A DNA stretch of 64,000 nt, taken from contig OZ240241.1 of the NCBI GenBank assembly GCA_965198115.1, positions 4,768,001 through 4,832,000 on the forward strand, given 5' to 3'. Shown piece by piece: positions 43,652 through 54,087 of the stretch (within the stretch, counting starts at the first letter, position 1; each line of letters opens with the position of its first letter). Position numbers and translations under genes: made by a program. This stretch comes from Candidatus Latescibacterota bacterium (GTDB lineage: Bacteria > Latescibacterota > UBA2968). A model generated the notes under the pieces. The model ran no database searches and was not told the origin of the DNA. It saw only the letters and a program-made list of their open reading frames with translations.

Positions 43652-44592
43652 CAGAAAGGGTTTGGTTACGATTGGTTATAATTCCCCTTCGAAGCAATCC
43701 ACAGAGTCCCGTCGGCCTCCTCGGTCAAAGACATCACATCAAGCGAATCCGTCGGGGTCTCGACAACAGACCATTTGCGGCCGTCGAATCGGCTCAAGCC
43801 TCCGGACCCCCCCAGAGCGAGCGTGAATCCTGCCCACAGACCCCTATCTCCCGATGGTTTGAGACTTCGCCACCAGAAGGTATCGCTCGCAAGACCGTCC
43901 TTCACAGTGTAGGTCCGGACGCTGTCGGCCAGCATCCGAGTGATGCCTCCGAGTGTACCGAACCACAGTGCGCCGTCTGGCGTCTGGGTAACTGTCCTTA
44001 CGTTATCCGAACCGAGACCATCCTCGGTTGTGTAGGTCTGGAAGGAGATTCCGTCGTAACGCAGGGCTCCAATGCCGGTCGCGAACCACATATTGCCTTC
44101 GCGGTCTTCAAAAACGTCGTGAACCGGACCTGGCAGATTGAACTCGGTCCATCGCCAGGGCTCTGAATACGGCTCGGGCTGAGGCGCGACGGTGAGCGTG
44201 TCCACGGCGTAGACCGGGACTGTCAACAGCAAGCAGAGGATGGTGGCATAAGTGCGCATCGCAACCCAAGATGCGACCCGCCCTTCGCTCGGACAAGCGC
44301 GAGCTACGGCGGGCAGGCGGCGGGGAACGGCGGGCAAGCCCTCCTCCGCTCGATAGGGCACAAGCTTCCACCTCCGCGTGAACGCTACGGCGGACAGGTC
44401 GGGCGGGCAGGCGTGGGTGATGGAAGGGATTACGGAGCTGCTGGAGGTGATTGAGCGAGTGGATTGCCTGTTACCGATAACGGACCATTGGGGTAACGCC
44501 TATGGGCACTACCTCTAAGATTAGCCAGCAGGAGATGTGCAGCGTATGGTCGGAATTCACAGAAGGACACGCAGGCCGTCGTGTGTGTCCTG

Positions 44593-45027
44593 TTAAGGCT
44601 GCTCGGCGCGATCATGGATCAAGGAACCACCTTCAGGATCCCAGGTTGCCGCCAGAATCAAAATGAGAACCGCAAAGGCCAACACAGGGCTTGCGAGTAA
44701 GCTCCCTGTCCTGGCTTTGCTGACCATCCTTTTCTTTGCTCGTACGACTTCGTCGATCGGTATCACGATCGGATTCTCGCGGACCCTTTCGCCGCCACCC
44801 CGAAACTTCCTCGCCTTTCCCTTGATGTGTGTGGAGTCGACGGCGATGACCGTGATCTTGTAGGTCACGCCTGCGGTCGTGAGTACATCGATCTTGTCGC
44901 CTGCCTCGACGTTACCCCTCCTGATCTCCTCGCGAACCGACGAGGCGTTCGGGCCAAGCTGTCGCATCGATGTACATCCCGAGGCCGCACACCAGACAGA
45001 GAGCCAACCCAGAAGGACCTTCCTCAT
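44593..45027 (-). CDS. hypothetical lipoprotein
   Basis: Lipobox AASGC; paralogous to the upstream gene. Confidence 0.65.
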   Translation of the reverse strand: MRKVLLGWLSVWCAASGCTSMRQLGPNASSVREEIRRGNVEAGDKIDVLTTAGVTYKITVIAVDSTHIKGKARKFRGGGERVRENPIVIPIDEVVRAKKRMVSKARTGSLLASPVLAFAVLILILAATWDPEGGSLIHDRAEQP

Positions 45028-45044
45028 CGCGTACCTGGATGATC

Positions 45045-45479
45045 TCACGTTGACTGATCGATTGAGGCCAGGTAGAGAATAAAGCCGATAATCGTCACGC
45101 AGCACGCGAGCAGGGCTGATCTGCCGGAGTTCGCGTGTCTGAGTTCCGCTCTGATGATCTGATCGATCTCGATTACGACTTTTGCGCCGTATTCTGTTCG
45201 CTTCTTTCGCGGGTTCCGCACCTCATTGGCGGGAGTAGATGACACAAGATAGGTCGTCTGAAATATCGTCCGACCGACGATATATTGTGAATCGATGGCA
45301 GTAACTTTGATCTTCGCTGTTCCACCGTCCAGTGTGATGACCTGGAGGATGTCGTTCGGCTTCACATTGCCCGATCGAAGCTTGGCCCGAACTGTTTCTG
45401 CGTTCTGCCCGACCGGTTTCATCGTCGCGCAGCCGGCGGCCAACCAGATCGCAAGCCACACAATAAGAAGCGCTCGCAT
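45045..45479 (-). CDS. hypothetical lipoprotein
   Basis: Lipobox LAAGC; C-terminal TM segment. Confidence 0.65.
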   Translation of the reverse strand: MRALLIVWLAIWLAAGCATMKPVGQNAETVRAKLRSGNVKPNDILQVITLDGGTAKIKVTAIDSQYIVGRTIFQTTYLVSSTPANEVRNPRKKRTEYGAKVVIEIDQIIRAELRHANSGRSALLACCVTIIGFILYLASIDQST

Positions 45480-45741
45480 CGACTCCATCCGTTCGTGGAT
45501 CTTAACGAACAATCCGGCCGCACCCGGAGATCCTCCTGTGAGAGGACCGACTTGCTGGCAAAGCTTGATCCGGACACGCCATTGTCAGCGTCCTGGAAGA
45601 CGGGCCCGCCTGTTTGGGTGCAGGCTCCCATCGGAGTACACGGCATTAGCAGCGCGAACGTAGTGTCTCGCGCCGTTGGAGCGCGTCCACACGTTGTTCG
45701 AGTGTCATCGAGCTCTCCGTTAGTGTGCGTAGTTATCGAAG

Positions 45742-46383
45742 TCAGAAACCGAAAGCCAATCTCATGCCCACCGATCCCGGTTGCGCCAAGACCTCCAAGG
45801 GCGCCGTCTTCCAGTCGGGAATGAATCGGCCGATTATCGCCCCGTAGAGGCCACCTGTAAGGACAGCCACGGGAAGAAGCATTGCGGACACCTCTCTTTC
45901 CGAGAGGTTTGGCAAAGCGATGAACTGAGATTCGTGAGAGACGTCACGTCTTTCATCTGAGGAGGTGGCGATGCCAATTGCCCCGGCCAGCGCGCCAATC
46001 CCGGCCCCCCACATGAACCCCGGGCCTGCGAGGCTCCCGTTCCTAAGACTCAGGGATTCCACTGTGGAAAGCGGCACCCGAACGACTTCCGCTGGTCGGT
46101 TCCTGGCAAGGAGACGCTCCGAGTCGTTGCGGGAACGCCGGCGGCTGTCATCGGAGAATTTCGCACGGATTGTCAGGGTGTCCGCACCCAGAGCAACGAC
46201 CTTCCCCTCGAAACTCGAGTGTGTGCCCGTGCTTGTCTGTATGCCTGTTGCGGTCTTTACCCTGACCTTCGTCCCAGGCGTAAGAGTGGGTATACCTTTC
46301 GGACGTGACCTGGGGGCAAGAGCGCAGGCGGATTGAACCAGCAGACACGCAGCTATCAAGATTCGCAGTAGAGTCATCTCCAC
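45742..46383 (-). CDS. hypothetical lipoprotein with Gly-zipper
   Basis: VQSAC lipobox-like; GAGIGALAGAIG. Confidence 0.6.
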   Translation of the reverse strand: MEMTLLRILIAACLLVQSACALAPRSRPKGIPTLTPGTKVRVKTATGIQTSTGTHSSFEGKVVALGADTLTIRAKFSDDSRRRSRNDSERLLARNRPAEVVRVPLSTVESLSLRNGSLAGPGFMWGAGIGALAGAIGIATSSDERRDVSHESQFIALPNLSEREVSAMLLPVAVLTGGLYGAIIGRFIPDWKTAPLEVLAQPGSVGMRLAFGF

Positions 46384-46442
46384 ATCCCGTGTTCCGCGAC
46401 ACAGACTGAATCTGCGTCGGATGGTGAATCGCAGGAGACAAG

Positions 46443-46477
46443 AAGGCGGGGCCTCCTATTGGAGCGCCCCGCCTTTT
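46443..46477. terminator. rho-independent terminator
   Basis: AAGGCGGGGC...GCCCCGCCTTTT. Confidence 0.7.
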
Positions 46478-46480
46478 GTA

Positions 46481-47947
46481 TCAGAAAGAGTGGATGGTCG
46501 GCAAACGGAGCGATGTGCTGACGCCCGCGTGGTCCGAGGGCCACATACCTGATGGTGTGCGATCGGCTTCCTCATCGCCGAGAACAATCGACCGAAGGGG
46601 GACGATATCGTCGGAGGAGCGTGTGAAGACCATATCGATCCTTCGGTTGAGTGCCGAGGCGCCCGTAAGGTCTTCAGCTTGCGATCCGGTGAAGCCCGGC
46701 TGGTTTGGGTTTACGCTCGACCAGGCCTCAGCCAGACCTCCCGGGATCAGGATATCGCCATACGTAGCGGTTGTTGTTCCGTTGGCGTCGGAATTGAAGT
46801 CGCCAACGAGAAGGACCGGCAGGATTTCGGCGGCTATCAGCCCTACAAGCTCCTGTGCCTGAAAAGCCTGGATGGGTTCGGCTGCACCGGTTTCGAGATG
46901 CGTGGTGATGAATCGGAAATCCCGACCGGCGACGGTGGCTTGCACCGATGCGTAGGCGCGAGGGATCGACGTCGGTACGCCACCGACTTCGATGGGTACG
47001 GCCACCTGGAATTGAGCCTCCACCACATCGGCGACGGCGACACCAGAACGCGCGAGAATAACTTCGCGGTCCGTCAATCGGATGTCGGCGAATTCGGTGG
47101 CACTCTTCGCCAACGGGAGCTCGATGTCGATACCTTCGGCTATGGCGACGGCCTCGTAGTTCAGGCCTCGACTCTCGAGCGCATCCAGCAGGATCTGCAA
47201 GAAATCGAGAACCACTTCCGTCGGCAGCGTTTGACCACCGACTACGAAATCGCCCGGGTCCTGCATGCGGAACAGGGAGACTTCCTGAAGCCCGATGAGA
47301 TGTGGCTTGGTCGATTCAATTTCATCGGCGATGGCCTCCGCCCGCTCGGCGAAATTCGTGGCCTGGACGACGCCCCACGTCTGAGCGACGAGGGCTGGTA
47401 TTTGTAGCGGATCCTCGGCGAGGATGACACGGTTGATGTCGGCGCCGAGGTAGAGGTTTCGCGTCATGACCTTGAGAATGGGACCTCGCGGATGTACGAT
47501 CGCGCTTCCGCCGATCTGCAGGGTGAAGGCGTTCTCCCCGTCAGTGTTGATGGGCAGGCTGCCCCAACGCCCCAGAAGTGTCCCGCTTGCGTCGGTGGCA
47601 CTGGCCGCGTAGTAGCCGGCGGCGCCACGGCTGCGGTAGCGTTGGGATGAAACGCTAATCGTGATCTGTGCTTCACCGTTCGCGTCCGTCGTGGCCGACC
47701 ACTGAATACTGGGTGTGCTTCCACCAACCGATCGAGTGATGGTCACTTCGGCATTTGGGACGGGACTTCCGAATTCTGCCAGGAGCTGAAGCGTGACCTG
47801 GGCCGAAAAGACAACCGGCCGCGTCGCAGCCTGCTGGGAAACGTCCGGACCTGTGAGAAAGGACGTCGTCTTTTGATCACCGCACGCAACACCTACGAGA
47901 ATGACAAGCAACAGCCTACCCAATTGATGCGTCACTGTTCCAACCAT
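46481..47947 (-). CDS. endonuclease/exonuclease/phosphatase family lipoprotein
   Basis: VMTRNLYLGAD, IGLQEV, THLE, VGDFNS, RIDMVF, PSDHAGV. Confidence 0.88.
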   Translation of the reverse strand: MVGTVTHQLGRLLLVILVGVACGDQKTTSFLTGPDVSQQAATRPVVFSAQVTLQLLAEFGSPVPNAEVTITRSVGGSTPSIQWSATTDANGEAQITISVSSQRYRSRGAAGYYAASATDASGTLLGRWGSLPINTDGENAFTLQIGGSAIVHPRGPILKVMTRNLYLGADINRVILAEDPLQIPALVAQTWGVVQATNFAERAEAIADEIESTKPHLIGLQEVSLFRMQDPGDFVVGGQTLPTEVVLDFLQILLDALESRGLNYEAVAIAEGIDIELPLAKSATEFADIRLTDREVILARSGVAVADVVEAQFQVAVPIEVGGVPTSIPRAYASVQATVAGRDFRFITTHLETGAAEPIQAFQAQELVGLIAAEILPVLLVGDFNSDANGTTTATYGDILIPGGLAEAWSSVNPNQPGFTGSQAEDLTGASALNRRIDMVFTRSSDDIVPLRSIVLGDEEADRTPSGMWPSDHAGVSTSLRLPTIHSF

Positions 47948-48145
47948 GACTTCCTCCCTTATTCGCGATTTCCTATGAAGGACGAGGGTGCTCACCGGTG
48001 GCACCTTTGGGATGGCAAGGGATGTGCCACCGATGGACCCCAGCGTTTTCCTGCCTTTCGCCGATTATGACGGGTTCACCGTCCTGCGCGATCTTGCGGG
48101 ACTCTGCGACCGCTTGCGCAGGACCCTCGTGATGCGCCGAGGTGA

Positions 48146-48771
48146 TCAATCCATTCTTACCACCCAAGTTCGAGACTTAGTCGCAAGAGTCAGAAGCAGC
48201 TCTACGGACAGTCCTACGCCCAAACCCGACAAACCCAGTCGTCTTACTTGCTCGCCCCGAGACCATTGACCGTCAGTCAATGGGTTGGTTGCACCGAATA
48301 ATGCTCCCGCCGCAAAGCCTGCGATCAGTCCGTATCCCACATGCCGGAAGGTGTACTGCGTGCCCGTACTGATCTCGATCTTCCGTCTGGTCTTTTCATC
48401 GTGAGTCGCGTTCTTCCCAGAATGCGATCGAGGGTTACGGTGTCGTTCCCGATGTCGATCAGCCGCCCGGTGACTGGTTTCGCCAATGGATCCGTCGTCC
48501 GTATTCGAACTCTGATTGCAACTGGTCGTCATCGATCCTGGTTGGGCGCTCCTGCACGAGGACAAAGACACGCGATCGTCTGCAGAAGGAGCGCACTCGA
48601 CTGATGCGGGTAAGAATCACTCCTCGCCCCAAGAGGTGGTATCGATTCGTGGGATTGTTGGATCGGAGTGAACTGTTTTCGACAACCTGCAACAACAGAT
48701 CGCGTAGTGAAGTCAAGTAGCAGCCGGCCGAATGCGGGTGGTCTGCACAAAGCGTGCCGATGGTTGGACAC
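48146..48771 (-). pseudogene. degenerate lipoprotein-like gene
   Basis: Fragments in several frames with a Gly-rich TM segment similar in style to 45742-46383. Confidence 0.35.
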
Positions 48772-49589
48772 GAAGGCTCGTCAAGTAGACGAAGCGATGC
48801 GTAAGCAGGTCCGTTTCCATTGATCCCGGCCCGGCATCAAAGGCTACTCCCAATCCTTGCTTTTCTATTGCTGTCGAGGGTTTCTCATCGTGGCATCTAC
48901 GATGGTGGATAGTGCACACGAGACTAGTGCCCGATGGCGAGTCGCAAAAAATTGATGAGATTCGATCACACGAGACGTTCGCTGGAGAACCGATTCGGTG
49001 TCGCAAAAACTCAACGATTGTTTCTCTCGGACAACAGGTGTGACAATTCACAACGGGGCTCGATCTTCGGATATGGCAACTGATCGCTCGGCTGACAGGA
49101 CGTAGCTGCGCTCCCACCGAAGAGTCTTTGATTTCGGTCAAGAGAACTGGAGGCCTACAGTGGAGATGTCGAGGACGTTACGACAACACGCAGGAGGCAC
49201 GTTCAAGGTGGATGAGGCGGAGAGGAGAAGTTGATGAAATCGTGTTTGGCGGGACAGACACACCTTCTCTGATTTTGTGTTGTAGTAGCGGCAAGGGTTG
49301 ATTGTGCGGCACATCGTGTGTAGCGTTATGCAAACATCAAGGGGCACGGACAACTCCGGGGCTGTCGTAGGGACCCGGAGATGTGTGTCCCTCTATTCTT
49401 TTGTGTCGGGGGCTTTCACCTGTCGGGGCTTGAATCAGGTGGCCCAGGATGCTGCACCGCGATCGGAAGTCGGTCATTATGATCGTGAAGACGAGCCAGA
49501 GGTAGCCGAGGTGGGCATTACGGTCGCCCAAATGTTGGGGTACGAGGTACGGCTTTTGAGCGTATCGGGCATTGCGACCTGGTCTTCAC

Positions 49590-49788
49590 AGACATGTTTC
49601 TACAAGGGGACTCGGGACTCGACTTAATCGAGCGGATCCGCACCGCAGGAAACGAAATCCCAATCGTCGCCACGGCGGGAAACACAACCTTCCTCGAGGA
49701 GGCACTAGAGGCTGGGGCTGACGCCACCATACCCAAGCCCTGGGTTAAGGACGACCTCCGACGAACATTCGAAGAGCTGCTCGAATAG
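49590..49788 (+). pseudogene. response regulator remnant
   Basis: DMFLQGDSGLDLIERIR..IPIVATAG..AGADATIPKPW. Confidence 0.6.
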
Positions 49789-50224
49789 AAAGCGCCCCCC
49801 TCGATGGATGAGCATTGATTGCACGAGTGTTGAACGCCGGCGCTTCGAATTACGGTGTCTGGCTCTGCCCCGCGAGGATTCCCCTGCTGCGGTGGTGCCG
49901 GATAATCGGAATCATGACTCCCACAACCAGGGTCGGCTGGAGAGGTATCAACCTAAGAAAGCGGAAAGTGAGAACAAGCTGTGCACATCGTCGGGTTCCG
50001 TCGACGACAGCCGTACGGCAGCACTGCCTCCCCCCGTGGCCGCGCTACGAGCCAACTGACAACGGATTAATGTTGCTACACCTCAGGTACCGATAATGGG
50101 AGTTATCGGTACTTGTCGTTGGGCCAAATCGGAGATGATGTTGTGAGGAACGTGGCTTGCTGGTGACCGTTGACCCGCCCTCGCGGAGGCTACGGCGTCG
50201 ACCACCGCCAGCCACTGCAAAGGT

Positions 50225-51361
50225 CTATTCTCGGTCCTCGATGGGCACCCATTCTCGATTGGAAGGGCCCTCGTAGTCGGCATTGGGACGGATCAGTACA
50301 TTGTTGGCCCGCTGTTCCATGATATGAGCAGCCCATCCCGTGATGCGAGAGACGACGAAGATAGGGGTGAACAGGCTTGTGGGGATTCCCATGACGTGAT
50401 AGGCGGATGCGCTGAAGAAATCGAGGTTCGCGAACAAGTTCTTCTCTTCTTTCATCACACTTTCGATTTCGGCTGATACATCGTAGAGCTTGGTGTCGCC
50501 GGTCCCCTCGCTCAATCGTTTTGACCACGCTTTGATGATGTCGTTTCGGGGATCTCTTTCCCTGTAGACGGCGTGGCCGAATCCCATGATCAGGACTTTC
50601 CTCGCGAGCATGTCGAGCACGGCGGCGCGTGCTTCGGCGGGAGTGTCGTATTGCTCGATCAAGGCCATCGCAGCTTCGTTGGCGCCACCGTGTAGCGGCC
50701 CGCGGAGCGTTCCGATTCCCCCGGTTACAGCCGAGTAAAAGTCCGACAGGGTCGATGCGCAGACGCGACAGGTGAACGTCGAGGCATTGTACTCGTGCTC
50801 GGAATAGAGGATGAGAGAGCCGTTCAATGCCTGCACGTGCAGTTCTGACGGTTTCGTGCCGTGTAGGAGATGCAGAAAGTGAGCAGCGATCGATCCGTCG
50901 TCCGTCTCCGTGTCGATCCTGACACCGTCGTGGCTGAATCGATACCAGTAGCAGATGATGGACGAGAAGACGGCGAGCAATCGGTCGGCAACACGATGCT
51001 GCTGATCGAGGTCGGTTTCCGGTTCGAGGGTTCCAAGCATCGCGCAGCCTGTCCTCATCACGTCCATCGGATGTGCGTCTTTGGGAATCCGTTCGAGGAC
51101 GTCACGCAGTTCCGAGGGTAGTCCTCGAGAACCGCGAAGCTGGTCGTGGTAGTCTCTCAGTTCGGCCGCTGTCGGGAGTTCGCCATACATCAGGAGATAG
51201 GCGACCTCCTCGAACTGGGCGTGTTCGGCCAACGCCTCGATCGAATAACCACGATAGGTCAGTCCAACGCCCTCCTTACCGACGGTTGCGATCGCTGTTG
51301 TTCCCGCCGATTGGCCCCGTAGTCCGGCTCCGGATGCCTTTCCGCCACTCGTTTTTGCCAT
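50225..51361 (-). CDS. prpC: 2-methylcitrate synthase
   Basis: GLRGQSAG, LTYRGY, EHEYNASTF, GPLHGGANE, MGFGHAVY, NLDF. Confidence 0.88.
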   Translation of the reverse strand: MAKTSGGKASGAGLRGQSAGTTAIATVGKEGVGLTYRGYSIEALAEHAQFEEVAYLLMYGELPTAAELRDYHDQLRGSRGLPSELRDVLERIPKDAHPMDVMRTGCAMLGTLEPETDLDQQHRVADRLLAVFSSIICYWYRFSHDGVRIDTETDDGSIAAHFLHLLHGTKPSELHVQALNGSLILYSEHEYNASTFTCRVCASTLSDFYSAVTGGIGTLRGPLHGGANEAAMALIEQYDTPAEARAAVLDMLARKVLIMGFGHAVYRERDPRNDIIKAWSKRLSEGTGDTKLYDVSAEIESVMKEEKNLFANLDFFSASAYHVMGIPTSLFTPIFVVSRITGWAAHIMEQRANNVLIRPNADYEGPSNREWVPIEDRE

Positions 51362-51417
51362 TACTAATCTCCTAGAAAAGCCGAACCACCAACAAGAAGA
51401 CATGAAGACCCGAAGAA

Positions 51418-54087
51418 CTACACGGCCGGGTCGGGTTTTTCGCGGTCGATTTTGAGCTCTTTTGCGGCTTTTTCAAGTTCGCCGGAGGTGACCGCGCCCT
51501 CTTCCTCTAGAGCCGCAAGTGCCGCGTAGGCGATGTATTCGGCGCTGACTTCGAAGTGATCGCGCAAGGCGGATCGGGATTCGCTGAGGCCGTAGCCATC
51601 GGTGCCGAGCACGACGTAGGGTCCGGGGATCCATCGTGCGATGCTGAGCGGTAGTGCTTTCATATAATCTGACGCGGCGACGAAGACGCCCTTTTCTTTT
51701 CCTAGAAGCTGTTGGACGTATGGGATGGGCCGGTCGGATGCGTGGTTCAACAGGCTCTTCCGCTCGACCCTCAACGCCTCACGGTTGAGCTCGTTATAAC
51801 TTGTCACGCTCCAGACGTCGGCGGCTACGCCTCTCTGCTTGAGGATTTCGCGGGCACGAAGCACTTCCGTCATGATGGCTCCACTACCGAAGAGATGCGC
51901 TTTGCGTCCGTCGCCGCTTTCAACTTCGGATCGTTCGTAGCAATACATCCCCTTGACGATCCCGTCAGATGCAGATTCGGGCATCGGGGGCATGCGCAGG
52001 TTCTCGTTGTGGATCGTGATGTAGTAGAAGATGTCTTCCTGTTCCGTGTACATCCGGCGTATCCCGTCGCGGATGATGACAGCGAGTTCATAGGCGAACG
52101 CGGGGTCGTAGCTCAGGAGGTTGGGTACGGTAGCGGCCACGACCTGAGAGTGACCATCCTGATGCTGAAGGCCTTCGCCGTTGAGGGTGGTGCGACCCGA
52201 TGTGCCCCCCAACAGGAAGCCTCGACAGAGCATGTCGCCACAGTTCCAGATCATATCTCCGACACGCTGGAAGCCGAAGATCGAGTAGAAGACGTAAAAG
52301 GGGATGGTCGGAACGGCGTGCACCGTGTAGGCGGTGCCGGCCGCCAGGAAGGAGGCCATTGCGCCGGCTTCGCAGATGCCTTCCTGCAGGATCTGGCCGT
52401 CCTGTGCTTCTCTGTAGGGGATGAGTGTCGCACTGTCTACAGGTTTATACTTCTGCCCCTCGGATGAGTAGATACCGGCACGGCCGAAGAGGGCTTCCAT
52501 TCCGAACGTTCGTGCTTCGTCCGGGACGATCGGGACGATGTAGCGACCGAGATCAGGATGTTCGAGCAGACGGCCGAGCAGACGGACGAAGGCCATCGTT
52601 GTGGAGAACTCACGGTCCCCACTTCCTTCGATCAACGTCTTGAAGAACTCGAGATCCGGCGTGGGAAGCACTTGGGCGCTAACGGTTCGCGTGGGCCATG
52701 GACCGCCCAGGATTTCACGACGTTCCTTGAGGTAGCGCATTTCAGCGCTGTCATCCGGTGGCCGATAGTAGTCGGCGCGGATTGCGGCTTCGTCGTCGAG
52801 GGGAATACCGAGCCGATTGCACGTTTCGATCCGCTCTTCGGCACTGAGAGTTTTCTTCTGGTGTACGGCGTTGGACCCTTCGTGGCCCTGCATGCCGTAG
52901 CCCTTGATGGTCTTGATCAGGATGACCGTGGGACCGTTTTCGGTCTCGACGGCCCTCTTGAAGGCGGCGTGAATCTTTCGATGGTCGTGCCCGCCCCGTC
53001 GAATGCACCGGATTTCCTCGTCCGTGAGCACCTGCATAATCTCGGCCAGCTTGGAGTTGTCGCGCACCCAGTGTTCGCGAACGTCCTTGCCGCTCGAGAC
53101 GGAGTACATCTGATAGTCTCCGTCGACGGCCTGTTCCATCCGCTCCTGCAGGACGCCTTCGTGATCGATCAGGAAGAGCTTATCCCACTCGCCGCTCCAG
53201 ATGACTTTGATGACGTTCCAGCCGGCGCCTCGGAAGCTGCGTTCGAGCTCCTGGATGATCTTCCCGTTTCCTCGAACGGGTCCATCGAGGCGCTGGAGGT
53301 TGCAGTTTACGACGAAGATCAGGTTATCCAGATGCTCTCGGGCGGCGATGTTGATCGTTCCCAACACTTCGGGTTCGTCCGATTCACCGTCGCCGATGAA
53401 GGACCAGACTTTGCCCCCGTTGCGGGGTTTGAGTCCGCGGTTTTCAAGGTATCGCGCAAAGCGGGCCTGGTAAATCGAGCTCGGGGTGGACAGACCCATC
53501 GATGAACAGGGCGATTGCCAGAACGCCGGCATACGCTTGGGGTGCGGGTAAGAGGAGAGACCGCCGTCGGGCTGCAGCTCGCGACGGAAGTTGTCGAGTT
53601 GCCTTTCGCTGAGGCGGCCCTCGAGATAGGCTCGGGCGTAGATGCCTGGCGACGCGTGTGCCTGGATGCTGACGAGATCGCCGCCGTAGTCATCGGTGCG
53701 GTTTCGGAAGAAGTGGTTGAGACCGACTTCCATCATGGTTGCGGCCGACGCGTAGGTTCCAATGTGTCCGCCGACGTTCGTGTCGCTATCGTAGGCACGA
53801 AGCACGATCGCCATCGCGTTCCAGCGGAGGATCTGCTCGATGCGCTCTTCGAGTTCGATCTCGCCCGGGTAGGCTGGCTCGTGTTCGAGGGGGACGGTGT
53901 TTCTGTAGTGGGTGTTGAGCGTGGCGTCTTCGACGATGACGTCTTCGTCGGAGAGATAGTCTCTGAGTGCCCGGAATACGACCTTGGCGCGATCGGGCCC
54001 TGACGTCCGCAGCAACGACTCGATGGACTCGAGCCATTCCTGGAGTTCGATGTCGTGGGATGGGTTGAGGGTTGGTCTTGCGTTCAT
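51418..54087 (-). CDS. aceE: homodimeric pyruvate/2-oxo-acid dehydrogenase E1 (AceE/MdeB type)
   Basis: GGHIGTYAS, GDGESDEPE, NCNLQRLDGPVRGN, GEGLQHQDGHS. Confidence 0.88.
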   Translation of the reverse strand: MNARPTLNPSHDIELQEWLESIESLLRTSGPDRAKVVFRALRDYLSDEDVIVEDATLNTHYRNTVPLEHEPAYPGEIELEERIEQILRWNAMAIVLRAYDSDTNVGGHIGTYASAATMMEVGLNHFFRNRTDDYGGDLVSIQAHASPGIYARAYLEGRLSERQLDNFRRELQPDGGLSSYPHPKRMPAFWQSPCSSMGLSTPSSIYQARFARYLENRGLKPRNGGKVWSFIGDGESDEPEVLGTINIAAREHLDNLIFVVNCNLQRLDGPVRGNGKIIQELERSFRGAGWNVIKVIWSGEWDKLFLIDHEGVLQERMEQAVDGDYQMYSVSSGKDVREHWVRDNSKLAEIMQVLTDEEIRCIRRGGHDHRKIHAAFKRAVETENGPTVILIKTIKGYGMQGHEGSNAVHQKKTLSAEERIETCNRLGIPLDDEAAIRADYYRPPDDSAEMRYLKERREILGGPWPTRTVSAQVLPTPDLEFFKTLIEGSGDREFSTTMAFVRLLGRLLEHPDLGRYIVPIVPDEARTFGMEALFGRAGIYSSEGQKYKPVDSATLIPYREAQDGQILQEGICEAGAMASFLAAGTAYTVHAVPTIPFYVFYSIFGFQRVGDMIWNCGDMLCRGFLLGGTSGRTTLNGEGLQHQDGHSQVVAATVPNLLSYDPAFAYELAVIIRDGIRRMYTEQEDIFYYITIHNENLRMPPMPESASDGIVKGMYCYERSEVESGDGRKAHLFGSGAIMTEVLRAREILKQRGVAADVWSVTSYNELNREALRVERKSLLNHASDRPIPYVQQLLGKEKGVFVAASDYMKALPLSIARWIPGPYVVLGTDGYGLSESRSALRDHFEVSAEYIAYAALAALEEEGAVTSGELEKAAKELKIDREKPDPAV

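Larger units (their letters stand above)
40772..43686 (+). mobile_element. IS1595 family transporter element with passenger genes
   Basis: 26-bp TIRs GGGAATTATAAC(T/C)AATCGTAACCAAA; 8-bp TSD CTTCGAAG at 40764-40771 and 43687-43694. Confidence 0.95.
39372..44259 (-). pseudogene. secreted beta-propeller (two-component regulator propeller) protein, split by IS1595 and truncated by IS200
   Basis: Signal peptide MRTYATILCLLL; repeats WFAT/YTTEDGL; WIASKG|QGLLRY rejoins across the IS1595. Confidence 0.85.

Noticed and set aside
24905-44259. The two propeller pseudogenes as halves of one rearranged gene
   Set aside because: They contain overlapping homologous segments (GDVWFGTKWPG vs GDIWFGTNVWPG), so they are paralogs
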